64,000 nucleotides of DNA, taken from positions 2,624,001-2,688,000 of the forward strand of contig CM000151.3 of NCBI GenBank assembly GCA_000004695.1, written 5' to 3'. This DNA comes from Dictyostelium discoideum (Eukaryota). Position 1 is the stretch's first letter; the number at the start of each line of letters is the position of its first letter. The notes below the pieces were generated by a model. The model did not search any database. It saw only the letters and a list, made by a program, of their open reading frames with translations, and was not told the origin of the DNA. Below are positions 12,167 to 30,669 of this stretch, one piece after another. The position numbers and the translations under genes are program-made.

Positions 12167-13483
12167 TTCGTTTTCATTTAATTTATTTTCATTTAATTTA
12201 TTTGAAGTTGGAGAAGGTAATGGTGAAAGGAATGAAGGTGGTGATGAAGTTGTACTAATTGGTGTATCAATTTTTACGACGATCCAAATTGCAGTTGATT
12301 CGGCTCTAATAACACCATTTTGATCTTTAATAGTTGAGGATATAAAAATCTTTTTACCATCTCTTTTTTGAATTCTTGTTTCAACCGAACTAAAACTTTC
12401 CAATACAACAAACTTTTTATAATTTACTGATAAATTTGCTGTTACAACATAAGTTTTTGAATTTGTAATTGGTGGTATAACTATACCATTCCTATTTCCT
12501 TGTGGTTGTTCTTGTTCTTGTTGTTGTTGTTTTTGTTTTTGTTTTTGTTTTTGTAAATTTAAATCATCAAAATTATTATTATAAAAATATCTTATGCAGC
12601 ATGCCATACTATCATCAAACATGCTCGCCAAGGCACCACCATGAACACAACCAGGTGGACCTTCGCTTGTGTTTTTCCAATAAACAATACCCAATAACAT
12701 TCTATCGTCATCTTCATTTACTATACCATTATAACTTGTTCTTATATTTAATTGTTTGATACCACCACTAGTTGGACTGGCTGTTATGTCAAAATTATTA
12801 TTATTGTCAGGGTCAACTTCAATATCACCAAATATTGGGCTATTACCCTTCCAATATAATTTTGAAACAAATTTTGTATTTTGATAGACAAAATTCTCAC
12901 CTTTGAATCCTGAATTTAATCTATTGCTTGTATCATCTAATCCATTCCTTGATATTGGTCTAAGATCATACCGATTTTCATAATCTTTGCACCACGTTGG
13001 CCATTCTATATTATTATCATTTATTTGTGGTGTTTGAATTTGAATCATAGGTATTTTAAATTCTTCATGTTGTTCTTGTTGTTGTTCTTGTTGTTGTTCT
13101 TGTTGTTGTTGCTGTTGTTGTTGTTGTTCATTATTGTCACCACAACCAACTGTAGTGGTACTACTATTATCATCATTTGTATCATCAATGATTAACATTG
13201 ATTTTAATGTATCGCTTTCAATATAATCTCCACCTTTAGTTGGAGGTATTGTTAATGATGTTGCAGTTATTAATGTCATATCGTCAATCCCTCCTTCTGT
13301 TGGTTTTATATCATTATCACTAGGATTATTATTTTTTATATTATTATTATTATTATTTTTTATACTGTTATTATTATTATTATTTTTTATATTGTCATTA
13401 TTATTTAAATTAATACTTTTATCTTTACCATTTATTGTTGAAAAAATGGATTTAAAAAACGAACTAATTTTAATTGTTGACAT
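12071..13483 (-). CDS. Asn/Gln-rich protein with a C-terminal hotdog-fold thioesterase-like domain (PaaI/THEM-like HGG motif)
   Basis: 470-aa ORF with the segment GPPGCVHGGALASMFDDSMACCIRYFYN. HGG plus a downstream acidic residue is typical of 4HBT/PaaI thioesterases. The rest is low complexity. Confidence 0.5.
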
Positions 13484-14383
13484 TTTTAAAAAGGAAGATC
13501 TTTAGGGTGGGGTAAAGCTCGCACAAAAAAAAAAAAAAAATAATAAAAATTTTTAAATTTTTTTTTTTTTTTTTTTTTTACTTTTTATTTATATTTTTAT
13601 TATTATTATAATTATTTGTTTTGGGGGGTTTGTTAATTTAATGTGTTTATAAAAATGGGTAGTTTTTTTTTTTTTTTTTTTGAAAAAAAAAAAAAAATTA
13701 AATTAATAAAAAATGGGAATTTTGTATTTTAATAAAGAATATAATTAAAAAAGACACCCTCGTTTTTTTTTTTTTTTTTTTTTTGTTTTTAATACTTATA
13801 ATTCAATTATTAAAAAATAAAAAAAAAAAAAAAATTTAAATAGTTAATTAAAAAAAAAAATAAAAAATAAAAAAAAATAAAAAAAAAAATAAAAAAAATA
13901 AAATAAAAAATAAAATAAAAAAAATAAATTAAAAAAAAGAAATTTCCTAAGTCCGCCTGGTGTTGTCCTATGAAATTATAAATGTTGTAAATTTCTGTAA
14001 TAGGAACTATTAATATTTTTATTTTTATTATTATTATTTTTTATCTCTCGATAACCCCTTCAATATTATTAATATCGGTATTATACATATAAAAAAAAAT
14101 AAACTTTACCAAAAATTTTTTTTTTTTTTTTTTTTTAATATATACAATTTAGTTTAGGTTAATATTTTAAATACTTCTCCTTTTTTCCCCCTTAAATGAA
14201 TTGAAAAAAATAAAAATAAAAAATAAAGAAAAAAAAAAAAAAAACAATAAAAAAAAAAAAAAAAAATAATAATATACTTGAAATGGGAATAATCTCTTCA
14301 ATAATAGTAATCACTACTAATAAAAGTTTATAAATATATTTATTGTTAATCTACTCTTTAAAAAACAAAATAAGAAAATAAAA

Positions 14384-14419
<36 letters not shown>

Positions 14420-14597
14420 AAAACCCATTAAAATTTTAAAAGATAATAATTATTGTATTATTTAATAATAATAATTTATTTTTTTATTTTTTTATTTTTT
14501 GTTTTTTTATTTTATTTTATTTTTGTTTTTTTGTATGCATTTGCGTATATATATATTTTATTTTATTTAAATTTTAATTTTTTAATTTTTTTTTTTT

Positions 14598-15784
<1,187 letters not shown>

Positions 15785-16074
15785 TTTTATTTTTCATTGA
15801 AATAATTAGGAATTGGGAATCGCGAAATCAATAAGAATTTAAAAATCTTTTTTTTTTTTTCCTTTTTTTTTTATTTTTTTTTTTATTTTAATTTTATTTT
15901 TTATTTTAATTTTTTTTTTTTGCATTTCATATTTTTTCATTTAAAAAAAAAAGTTGTTTTTTTTTATTTTTTTTTTATTTTTCATAAAAACTCACTTAAA
16001 AACACACATATTATTATTTAGTTAGTAATAGTTATAAAACAAATTGTATATTAATTTAAAATCAAATAAAAGAA

Positions 16075-16294
16075 ATGGACGTTCAAACTAAATGTAACAT
16101 ATCAAATTATAAAATTTATTAATTTTTTTTAAAAAAATTAATTTAAAATTGGCCACCAATACTGATATATTTTTTTTTATTTTTTTTATTTCCTTTCTTT
16201 TTAATTAGACGGAGCTGGTCAAAATAAAGTATTAGGTGGTGCCAATCAAAAAAAGATTGTTGAATCTGAAGAAGATATTGCTCGTATGTACATC

Positions 16295-16328
<34 letters not shown>

Positions 16329-16942
16329 GAAAAAAATTATAATAATTCATTCTAATATTTTTTTTATTTTTATTTTAATTTTTATATTACAGTCCCAGAA
16401 TTAAATCCATCAGTACCACAAGCAATTCAAAGAGCCAGAAATGCTTTGAAAATGACACAAAAAGAATTAGCATTTGTAAGTTTTTTTTTTTATTTTAATT
16501 TAATTTTATTTCAATTTCTAACTTTATCACCATTATATTATTACTATTTAAATAGAAAATTAATGAAAGACCAGGTGTAATCAATGAATATGAAAGTGGT
16601 TCTGCCATCCCAAGTCAAGCTGTTCTTTCAAAATTAGAGAAGGCTTTGAATGTTAAATTAGTATGTTGTTTTTTTTTTTTTTTTTATGTGTAAATTTTTT
16701 AATTGATTTTTTATGTTGATTTTATTTTATGTGGTATATTTTTTTTTTTTTTCTATCTTTTTCTTCTCAATCTCTCTTTTTTTTTTTTCCATTGTTCACC
16801 CCCTTAATCACCAAAAATCCCCACAAAATTTTTTTTTTTATTTTTTATTTTTTTTTTTCAAATTATTAGAATTAAATTATTAACATAATACTTTTATTTA
16901 AAAATTACAGAGAGGAAAAGAAATTGGCAAACCACTCAAATA
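16075..16942 (+). CDS. mbf1: Multiprotein-bridging factor 1 (MBF1/EDF1), 5 exons, about 97 aa
   Basis: The exons are 16075..16093, 16209..16283, 16393..16475, 16577..16660 and 16910..16942. The first is putative. All have GTA(A/T)GT donors and AG acceptors. The product is ...[97 protein letters not shown]. It is colinear with the MBF1 HTH region (TQKDLA.KINEKPQVI.DYESGRAIPNNQVL.K.ER.LG.KLRGKDIG). Confidence 0.75.
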
Positions 16943-17088
16943 AATAGCCAATGTTCAATTAAGAGCCCACTTTAATTATTGAAAGGATTAATCAAATATA
17001 GAAATATACAATGTACTCCCCTTGACCCCATTAACCACACTCCCCTGACCCCTTACCCCACACAAAAAAAAAAAAAAAAAAAAAAATG

Positions 17089-17123
<35 letters not shown>

Positions 17124-17933
17124 TAACCAATAAATCACTTGGTTAAAAGTGAATGTAAATTTATTATCTCACACAACATATTTTCTTTTTTTAGATTTGT
17201 GTGTATTTTTTTTTTTTTTTCAAAAAATTTTTGCGTTTGTTGAACAAAATTAATGTTCCTATCAATGGAATTATTTATTTTTTTTTTTTTTTCTATTTTT
17301 AAAACACTTTTTTTATTTTTTATTTTTTTTTTTTTTTTTATTAATTTTTTTTTCTTATGATATGTTTGAAAATGATAAAAATGCCCAATTCAAGATAGTG
17401 AATGATAATTGTAGAGATTGAGAAAAAAAAAAACACTTTTATTTAAATTTATTTTTTATTTTATTTTATTTTTTTTTTTTTTTTTTTAATTATTTATTTT
17501 TTTATTTTTTAATTTTTTTTTTTTTTTTATTAATTTTTAATATTCATTTAATTTTTTTTTTTTTTCTAATATTAATATTATTTTTTGAATTAGGATTTGA
17601 TAGTAAGAAAGGTAAATTCATTTAAAATCCCTAATTCTAAATAAATATTATTTTTTTTTTTTTTCTATCATTACCTTTTTAGTATAATTTTCTTTTTTTT
17701 ATTTTAATTTTTTTTTTTTTAGAATTTAATTTCTTTTTTATTTAAATTTATTTTTTTAATTTTTAAAAGTTTTCTTTTCTTTTTTTTTATTTTTTTTTTT
17801 TTTTTATTTTAAAAATAATTACTAATATTAAAAATAAAAATAAAGATAAATTAAATTAAATAAATAAATAGATTAAATTAAATTAATAAATTATAAATAA
17901 AGAAAACCAAAAAAACAAAAAAAAAAAAAAAAA

Positions 17934-18410
17934 ATGGAATCAAAACAAATGGAAATTCCAAAAGAAGACCCATGGGGATTATGGAAAGCTGAATGGAAAA
18001 CTTGGTGGGGTGATGTTTTAGGAAATGACATGTTAAAGAAACAAGGTTTGGAAGAAAGAACTAAACTTAGAGGTCACCTTAAAGGTACTCCATTGAACAA
18101 ATCACCAAGTTTCAAAGACGAAAATATAGCCGCTTCAATTAATATTGGTGTTCATGGTAGTAAATTTGAATCAAATGCAACAAATACATCCCAGTCCACT
18201 TTCTTCCCAGAATGGAAAGCTCCTTCATTTGAACGTAATTCTGCTGATGATTTACTTTTGTATGTAGATTATTTTAAATTTTTTTTTTTTTTTTTTCAAA
18301 ATTATTATTATTATTATTTACTAATAGTTATTATTATTATTTTTATTACTAATAAATTCAGGAAAAAAGAGAGAGAAAGAAAAGAAGCAATAGGTTCAGG
18401 TAGCCTTTAA
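17934..18410 (+). CDS. Small Trp-rich hypothetical protein (MESKQMEIPKEDPWGLWKAEWKTWWGDVLGND...). It probably has one in-frame intron at 18259-18372.
   Basis: The first ~108 codons have coding-like composition. They are followed by GTATGT...AG with an AT-rich interior, then KKERERKEAIGSGSL*. There is no recognisable domain. Confidence 0.35.
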   Translation: MESKQMEIPKEDPWGLWKAEWKTWWGDVLGNDMLKKQGLEERTKLRGHLKGTPLNKSPSFKDENIAASINIGVHGSKFESNATNTSQSTFFPEWKAPSFERNSADDLLLYVDYFKFFFFFFQNYYYYYLLIVIIIIFITNKFRKKERERKEAIGSGSL

Positions 18411-18762
18411 AAAAAAAAAAAAAAAAAAAACAGAACTACCATTAAAGTTAATTTAAATGTATATAAAAAAAAAAAAAATTTTAAAAAAAAAACTGTAAAT
18501 AAAAAAAAAAAAAAAAAAACAAAAAAAAACATAAACTTAACCTAAAAACAAACAAAAATAAAAATATTTTCATATATATACACACACCAAATCTATTTTA
18601 AAATTTTAATTCTTTTTTTAGAAAAACCATATTTTTGATAACCACTGTTATTCAATTTTAAAAATTGTAAATTGAATAATCAATTTTAAAAAGTAATTTA
18701 TTGTTTTCGTATGTTTTATTTATTTATTTATTTATTTATTTATTTCTGTATATATATTTTAT

Positions 18763-18899
18763 TTAATTTTTAGGTTGATCCAATGGAATATAAGATTTTG
18801 GGTGAAGATTTGATACAGTATTTTTACTATGATCTACTAATACTTTGAAACTAAATGGTTCTGAAACTGCTAATTCTGATAAAATCTAAATTATTTTAA

Positions 18900-18939
<40 letters not shown>

Positions 18940-19257
18940 TATAATATTAGTATTAATATTAATTTTCTGTTTGTGAAAAAAAAAAAAACCACCAATTGAA
19001 AATAATAGTACCTTTCTATTAATTTCAACACCACTAGCAATTAAACCTCTTTGAAAATCACTATAGGTCATTTCATGTTGACGAGCACCTGCATTTATAC
19101 GTTCAATCCACATTTTACGGAAATCTCTTTTCTTTAATTTACGTGAAACATAATTATATTCTAAACCTTTTTCAACTCTTTCTCTTGCTAAACTTTTACA
19201 ATTCTTTGATCTACCAAAAAAACCTTTTGCTAATTTAAAAACTTTATCAATATTCAT
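18763..19257 (-). CDS. mrpl20: Mitochondrial ribosomal protein L20 (bL20m), 2 exons
   Basis: Exon 1 (about 18993..19257) is MNIDKVFKLAKGFFGRSKNCKSLARERVEKGLEYNYVSRKLKKRDFRKMWIERINAGARQHEMTYSDFQRGLIASGVEINRKVL.... It is colinear with bacterial L20 (AKGYYG.R...YAYRDRR.RKR.FR.LWI.RINAAAR). Exon 2 (18763..18875) is (E)LAVSEPFSFKVLVDHSKNTV..., matching L20 LADLAI.EPK.FK.L. The exact donor is uncertain (GTGGTT). Confidence 0.7.
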
Positions 19258-19307
19258 TTTTCTGGTTGCACAAAAATGAAATTTATTATTATCACTCCAA
19301 TAAAACG

Positions 19308-19338
<31 letters not shown>

Positions 19339-19898
19339 AAAAAAAAAAAAAAAAAAAAAAAAAATTGGAAAAAAAAAAAAAATTTAAAAAATAAAAAAAC
19401 AAATCATTTTTTTTATTTTTTTGGCACAGAGCCAATAATATAAACTAAACAATTCCAAACTAATTTTTAACTAATTCTTAAAATAAAAAAAAAAATAAAA
19501 AAAAAAAATAAAATAAAATCTGAAATAAAATAATTTTGAATACCAAATAAATCAAAAAAAAAAAAAAATAAAATAAAATCAGAAAAAAATAATCCAATTG
19601 AATCAAAAAAAAAAAAAAAAAAAAATAAAATAAAATAAAATAAAATGAAATAAAATAAAATAAATTTGAATACCAAAAAAAAAAAAATAAAATGTCACAA
19701 AAACAAAAATTTAATAAAAAAAAAAATCAAAATGGGTTTTTCTTTTTTTTTTTTTCATAATTAAATTTTATTTTTTTTTAATTTTTTTTTTTTTTTTTTG
19801 TTTTAAATTTAATTTGTTAAAAAAAAAAAACAAATTAAACATACAAAAAAATTAAACGTACAAAAATAATTTATCAAAATTTTTAAATAAAGATGCAT

Positions 19899-20512
19899 AT
19901 GAATAATTTAATACCTGTTTCAAATTCATTTGATAGTATGAGAGCTTTATTTTTTATTAATATATATTTTATAATTTATAAATAATAATTTTAATAAATT
20001 AAAATTTTTTTTATTTTTTTATTTTTTTTACTATTTTTTTTTAATAATTTTAGGTAATGGACAAACATATTATACAATTGGTAATTATGTTGATATTTAT
20101 GAAATTACATCAATAGCATTTGGACCAAATACAATTGATATTAAAACATTTTCAATACCTTCAAATATTAAAAATGTCATTTTATTGGATGGTTTCAATC
20201 AAGAGATACCTCAAAACTATTTTCCAAACACTGTCACAACCATTATCATTCATAATATAAGTAAACCATTATCAATTGGATCATTATCAAATATTAAGAA
20301 TGTTTATTTAAAAGATGGTTTTAACCACCCACTTGAATCTGGTATCATTCCAACAAGTATTCAAAAATTATATTTATCCCCAAATTTTAATCAAAAATTA
20401 TTTTCATCTTCATCAATACCTAATTCAATTGTGCTTGAAATCTTTTATAGTGATCCTTTTGATTATACAATTTTTACTAATTTAAATATTAATAATATTA
20501 AATTATTAAAAC

Positions 20513-20517
<5 letters not shown>
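19899..20517 (+). CDS. FNIP-repeat protein (Dictyostelium FNIP repeat family), 2 exons
   Basis: Exon 1 is 19899..19935 (MNNLIPVSNSFD, donor GTATGA). Exon 2 is 20054..20517. It contains the repeats ...LLDGFNQEIPQNYFPNTVTTIIIHNISKPLSIGSLSNIKNVYLKDGFNHPLESGIIPTSIQKLYLSPNFNQKL..., which fit FNIP periodicity (FNQ.I..G.IP.S...L). Confidence 0.55.
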
Positions 20518-20606
<89 letters not shown>

Positions 20607-20607
20607 T
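20518..20607. repeat. (AAT)n microsatellite
   Basis: About 30 AAT units lie directly after the FNIP gene stop. Similar long (AAT)n tracts are at 21803-21965 and 60001-60150. Confidence 0.9.
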
Positions 20608-21812
20608 TAAATTATTTAAAACTAAATAAATAACATAAATAAATAAAAAATAAATAAAAAAATAAATAAAGATGTATTTTTAAAAAAAAAACAATAATAA
20701 AAACAAAATAATTATTTTAGTATATATCACATTATTTGATAAAAATAATAAAAAAATAAAAAAAATAATAAAAAAAATAAAAAAAAAAAAAAATAAAAAA
20801 AATAAAAAAAATAAATATTATTAAAATAAAAATTTAAAAACGATTGGTTTCTCGTTCTTATGAATAATTTACTTCTTTCAAAAAAAAAAAAAAAAAAATT
20901 AATTAAATTAAATTATATAGGTTACAATTTTTTAAAAGGAAGAAACCACCAATTTTTTTTTTTTATTTTGTTTTTTTTTTTTTTTTTTATTAAACAAAAA
21001 ATTAATTCAAAAAAAAAAAATTAAAAAAAAGAAAAAAAAAGAGATAAATATTTTTCAACTGTTATCTATTAATTTTTATTTAAATTTAACACCCATTTAG
21101 CTCTATAGGTAATTAATATGCATTATTTTTTTAAATTTTTTTTTATTTTTTAATTTTTTTAATTTTTTAATTTTTTATTTTTTTTAATACCAGGTGGTTA
21201 ATTATGATTATTGTTAATATTGTTATGTGCGGTAATTTATTTATTTGGTAAATTTGGAATTTCTCATATTTAAACAAACATTCGATCTTAGGAACCCCAC
21301 ATTTACCATAATAATTATTTTTTAATACTGGTATAGTGTTTGTGGTTTAATTAACTTTCATTTCATAAACACACCAAATAAACCCACCCCCAAAAACGAA
21401 AATAATTAGATTTTTTAAAAAATTTCTCAATACACCCCAAATTCAAACATTGATTTTTATAACTTTCTACTCTTTTTATTTTTTTTATTTTTATTTTTTT
21501 TTTTTTAATTTTTTATTTTTATTTCATTTTTTTAACTATTCCAATAGTAATAAACACATATTTTTATTTTATTTTATTTTTATTTTTTTTATTATTATTA
21601 TATTTCACTTTAAAAAATATTCACTTTAAATTTTTCTAACAATAATTTACCTTTTTAAAATAATTTAGTAAAAAAAAATTAAAAAAAAAAATAAAAAACA
21701 CATTAAACAATTTTTTTTTTTTTAAGGATTTCCATATTTTTCACATTTAATTTTTTTTATTATTTATTGGAAATCCTTCCTCGTTATTAAAACCTTATTA
21801 AAAATTAAATTA

Positions 21813-21969
<157 letters not shown>

Positions 21970-22002
21970 TAAAATAAAATAAAATAATAAAAATAATATT
22001 AG

Positions 22003-22032
<30 letters not shown>

Positions 22033-22035
<3 letters not shown>

Positions 22036-23664
22036 TTAATTGAATGTAGATTTTGTTTAGAAGAAATTGAAGTTGAAGATCCAATTTATGATAAAAAAGA
22101 ATTTAATTTAAATGAAAATTCAATAAAATCAAAAGATATAGAAATAGAAGAATTAGAATTTAAAGAGAAATTAAATCGAAATAGTAATGGCGGATATGTA
22201 GAATTAACACCAATTTCACAATCAAAGAGACAACGTAAGAATATTGGTAATAGATTAGTTAGACCATGTGATTGTAAAGGTACTCAAAGACATGTACATG
22301 TTAAATGTCTTTGTGAATGGATTGGTAAATGCAATAAATGGTATTGTTCAATCTGTCATAGAGTTTATAATTTATCACCACATCATTTACATTATTGTGT
22401 AATGAAATTACAAAGAAAAGGAGTTTTAAAGAATTTACCACCAATCTATTCAAATACTGAATTCTCTCGTTCAAGTTATTTTGCATTATTAATTTTTATG
22501 GGTACACTAAGTATGTTAATGTTACCTTCAACTCTACCACAACAAAATTCAAAAATTTATTATGGTGTCGACACAATTTTAAATAACCATATAAATAATA
22601 ATAACAATAATAATGGTGTTGGTAGTGGTAGTGGTGGTAGTGGAACAGGTGGTGCAACAGTAAATTCATTATTATTTAATAATTTTAATGGTGGTATAAT
22701 ATCATTTTCAAATGAGGTTAGTGGAGGTGGCATGTTTATGAATTATAATCCACTAGTTGGTATTAATGGAGATACAACCACTGCTGGTTATAATCCAGGA
22801 TTTCTAAATTCGCCATCAGTTTCTTATTATAGTTTTTATCCATCTTCTTCTTCACCATCAATTTATATATCTTCAACGGGAGGTAGCTCTTCAGCAGCAC
22901 AACTTAACTTTCATCAACATTATAATGTAAATTCAATTCAAAGTAATAATAATAAAAATAAAAATAATAATAAAAATGATAATAATGATAATAACAATAT
23001 TAATATCAAAAATAAAGGAAAAGATTTGAATGAAAAATTATTTGAAAGTGATTTTGATCAATATTTTAATAGTGATTCAGCATCAATATTTTCATCATGT
23101 AAATTAAAAAATCAAGATGAAAAGTTTAGTTCTTTTGTTTGTCATTCATCACTTTATAGTCCAAATGTATTAAATTCAAATAATAATCCAAATAATCAAC
23201 AACAAGTTAATTTTCATTTTCCAACAATAGTTCGTAGTAGTTCAACAAGTGGTGGTGGTAGTAGTAACAATAATGATGAAAGTACAGATAGTATAACAAG
23301 TGAACAGTTAAAACAACAACACAAAGTTTTATTAAAGAATTATAATTTTATTCATAATATTGAAAATTATCAACCAACCACCCCAACAACAACTACTTCT
23401 ACAATTTTACAAAATGGTGAAAATCGTTGTATTGATGAGAACGAACAACTACAACAACAAGAAACTGAACAACAACAACAATCAAAAAAATATAAATCAA
23501 CATCAAAATCACCAATTTTAAATAACTTAGGATCAGAATACCATGATGATATTCATTTACAAAATATTTACATTGCACATCAAAAATATCATCGTGTAAC
23601 AATTGCTGATTCATTTAAAAATATATTCTGTACCTTGATCCCAGTTAAAAGGTTCTGTTATTAA
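22033..23664 (+). CDS. RING-CH (RINGv / MARCH-type) zinc-finger protein with predicted TM segment(s); putative membrane E3 ubiquitin ligase
   Basis: C-x2-C ... RPCDCKGTQRHVHVKCLCEWI...CSICH gives the C4HC3 RING-variant spacing. It is followed by a hydrophobic stretch YFALLIFMGTLSMLMLP, then an Asn/Ser-rich tail. Confidence 0.7.
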
Positions 23665-23847
23665 AAATTAAAAAATATTACAATTATTTAAAAAAAAAAA
23701 AAAAAATAAAAGAAATAATTAAAAACAAATAATTTATATTTATTTTATTAATTTTATTAATTTTATTATTGTTATTATTATTAATTTTATTATTATTATT
23801 GTTTATTATTTATTATTATTTATTATTTATTATTTATTATTTATTAT

Positions 23848-27990
<4,143 letters not shown>

Positions 27991-28477
27991 TTGAAATTTT
28001 TTTTTTTTTTTTTTTTAATTAAATTGTTTTTGAAAAAATTTTATAATTTTTTTTTTTTTTTATTTTTTTTTTTTTTTGTCTAAAATTTATTTTTTTTAAA
28101 AAATGAAAAAAATAAAAAAAAATGAAAAAAAATAAAAAAATATCTTTTTTTTTTTTTATTTTAAAAATATTATTTTTATTTTTGATAAAGCCTATAATTT
28201 TCATATGACTAAAATAAAATAAAAAAAAAAGATATTTTTTTGATGATTGAAAATTTTGTGGTTTTTATTTAAAACACTTTGTTTTTTGATTGTGCCGTGA
28301 AACTATTCGTTGCAATCTCATCAATCAACCTATATTTTATTTTCTTTTATTTAAAATTAATTTTTTTTTATTTTTTTATTTTTTACACTCAAAACGGTTT
28401 AACCATGTGCACAATTTTTTTTATTTTGTTTATTATTTTTAAAATTTGATTTTTTATTTTAATAATTTTTTTTTTTT

Positions 28478-28509
<32 letters not shown>

Positions 28510-28627
28510 AATCAATCATATAAAATAAAAATAGAAATTATCTTGTACAAAAATAATTAAAAAAAAAAAAAATAAAAAAAAAAAAAAAAAAAAATTGTTT
28601 AAAAAAAAAAAAAAATAATTTCTAAAA

Positions 28628-30045
28628 ATGGAATCAACAGAATATTTTACAGGTTCAGATTCATTTGATAAATTAACATATTCATTTATGGGTTTAAGAT
28701 TAATAGCATATACATATTTTTTTATTATATGTTTTTATCAAGCATTTTTAGAAATTCTTAAAATGATTAAAAAACAATCAAAAACTACAACAAGATTTTT
28801 TGTATTTTTTTTTCAATCTTTATTTTGTATTTTAAGAACAATTCAAACAGCATTTTTCTATGATAACCACCAATTAGGTAAATTTTTTATTTTTATTTTT
28901 ATTTTTTTATTTTAAAAATTCAATCAATAATAATTCTAAACAAATTATTTTTAGGTATTGGAACACCAAATTTTTTTTTCTTTTCATTAGGTACTGCAGC
29001 AATTTTCCTTGCTTGGGTTTTTATTCAACATTATTGTAAGTAGAATCATATAGTTTTTAATTTTTTTCTTTATGTTTTAATATAATTATTAATTTTTTAT
29101 TTTTATTTTTATTTTTTAAAAAAAGGGTTACTTATTATGTATAAATTTTTTATTTCAGAAGAAGTTAGACTAAATCGAGCAAAACCAATTAATTATTCAA
29201 CATTTATTTTTGCCCTTGTTATTATAATTTATCAATTTACAGTTTCAAGTATAACCTTGCGTAAAAATATTGAAACAGCAGAGTCTGTTGGATTTTTAAT
29301 TTTACTTTTAATTTATGCATCAATAGTTTCGGTAATTAATTTTATTATTATTATTATTATTTTAGTTATTATTATTATTTTTTTAATGGTATTAATTTTA
29401 ATTATTTAATATTTTTTTTTTAAAAAGTTTAATGGTTATTATTTATTAAGACATTTAAAAAAACATAAAAAGTCAACACCATTTAGTCATTTTGATATTA
29501 TGATTTTAAAAACCAAGATTTTATTATCAACAGTTATTTTTGTAGCAGTAACAATTATCATACAAGAACTTATTTTCAATATGTATTATACAGACACTTA
29601 TGAAACACCAAGACAATATTTAAAATTATTTATTGTTGGTGTAATAGAATTTTTTCAATTGGTAAATATTTTTAATATTTTAAAAAATAAAATTAATTAC
29701 ACCAATTATAAAAAAATATTATTAATTATTAATAAAATTATTTTTTTATATTATTATTATTAGTTAGTTGTAATGTTAGTATTATCAGATGGTAAATGGA
29801 AAGTTTATGTATTATTTAAATCAATTAAAACTCATAATGATAGTTCTAGTGAAATGGAAAATTCAAATAGTAATTCTAAAGGTAAAAAGAGTTCAACATT
29901 TGATTTAGGATATAGTGGTAATACAAATTCAAATTTTAATACTTTGGAAATTTCAATTGAAATTGAAAATTCAAATAAATCTTCAACAAGTTTTAGTAAT
30001 AGCAAAAGTGATCTAATTAATTCTTCTTTAAAAGATCCAAGTTAA
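28628..30045 (+). CDS. 7-transmembrane protein of the THH1/TOM1/TOM3 family (TOM1-like), 5 exons, 350 aa
   Basis: Exons are 28628..28877, 28955..29035, 29126..29331, 29428..29661 and 29764..30045 (GTAAAT/GTAAGT/GTAATT donors, AG acceptors, phases consistent). There are seven hydrophobic segments. Blocks QAFLEILKMIKKQSKTTTRFFVFFFQSLFCILRTIQTAFFY and PNFFFFSLGTAAIFLAWVFIQHY parallel plant TOM1 ([37 protein letters not shown] and PGLLFFSAYTLLVLFWAEIYHQ). Confidence 0.6.
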
Positions 30046-30669
30046 AATATTAAAAATAAAAAAAAAAAATTATTTATTAAATTGTAAAAATTAATTTAGA
30101 AATATAATTGTTTTCTTTTTATTTTTTTAAAGTACAACAAAAATAAAAATGTATCAGTTCTCAAATTATTTGCTATTAAAATAAAAATTTCATCGAAAGC
30201 AAATAAAAAAATAAAATTTATAAAAAAAAAATTAAATAATTTCTAAAAAAAAAAGAAAAAATTGCTTTAACTTGTTAAAAATAATAACTTTGTAATAAAG
30301 TTACTCTATAAAATTAATAGATATTAAATATGCATATTACATTACTAATTATAGTTGACACACATTTAAATAATATAATAATAATAATAATAATACTGTC
30401 AACTCATTATAAATAATATAAATACTAAAGAATAATTTTATAAACAATATTGAATATTATAAATATAAACTAATATTAAATAAAGATAACAAAGTATTAT
30501 TCAATTATATAATTATTAATTATATATTTATAAATTTTTTTTTTGAATTGGATAACGCAATTATTATTTGCTTCTCCTTGAGATGCTAGATCTCATTTTA
30601 TTTTATTTTTTTTTTTTTTTTTTACAGGGTCTCTAAAAGAGGGGTTAGTTTACTTTTTTTTTTTTTTTT

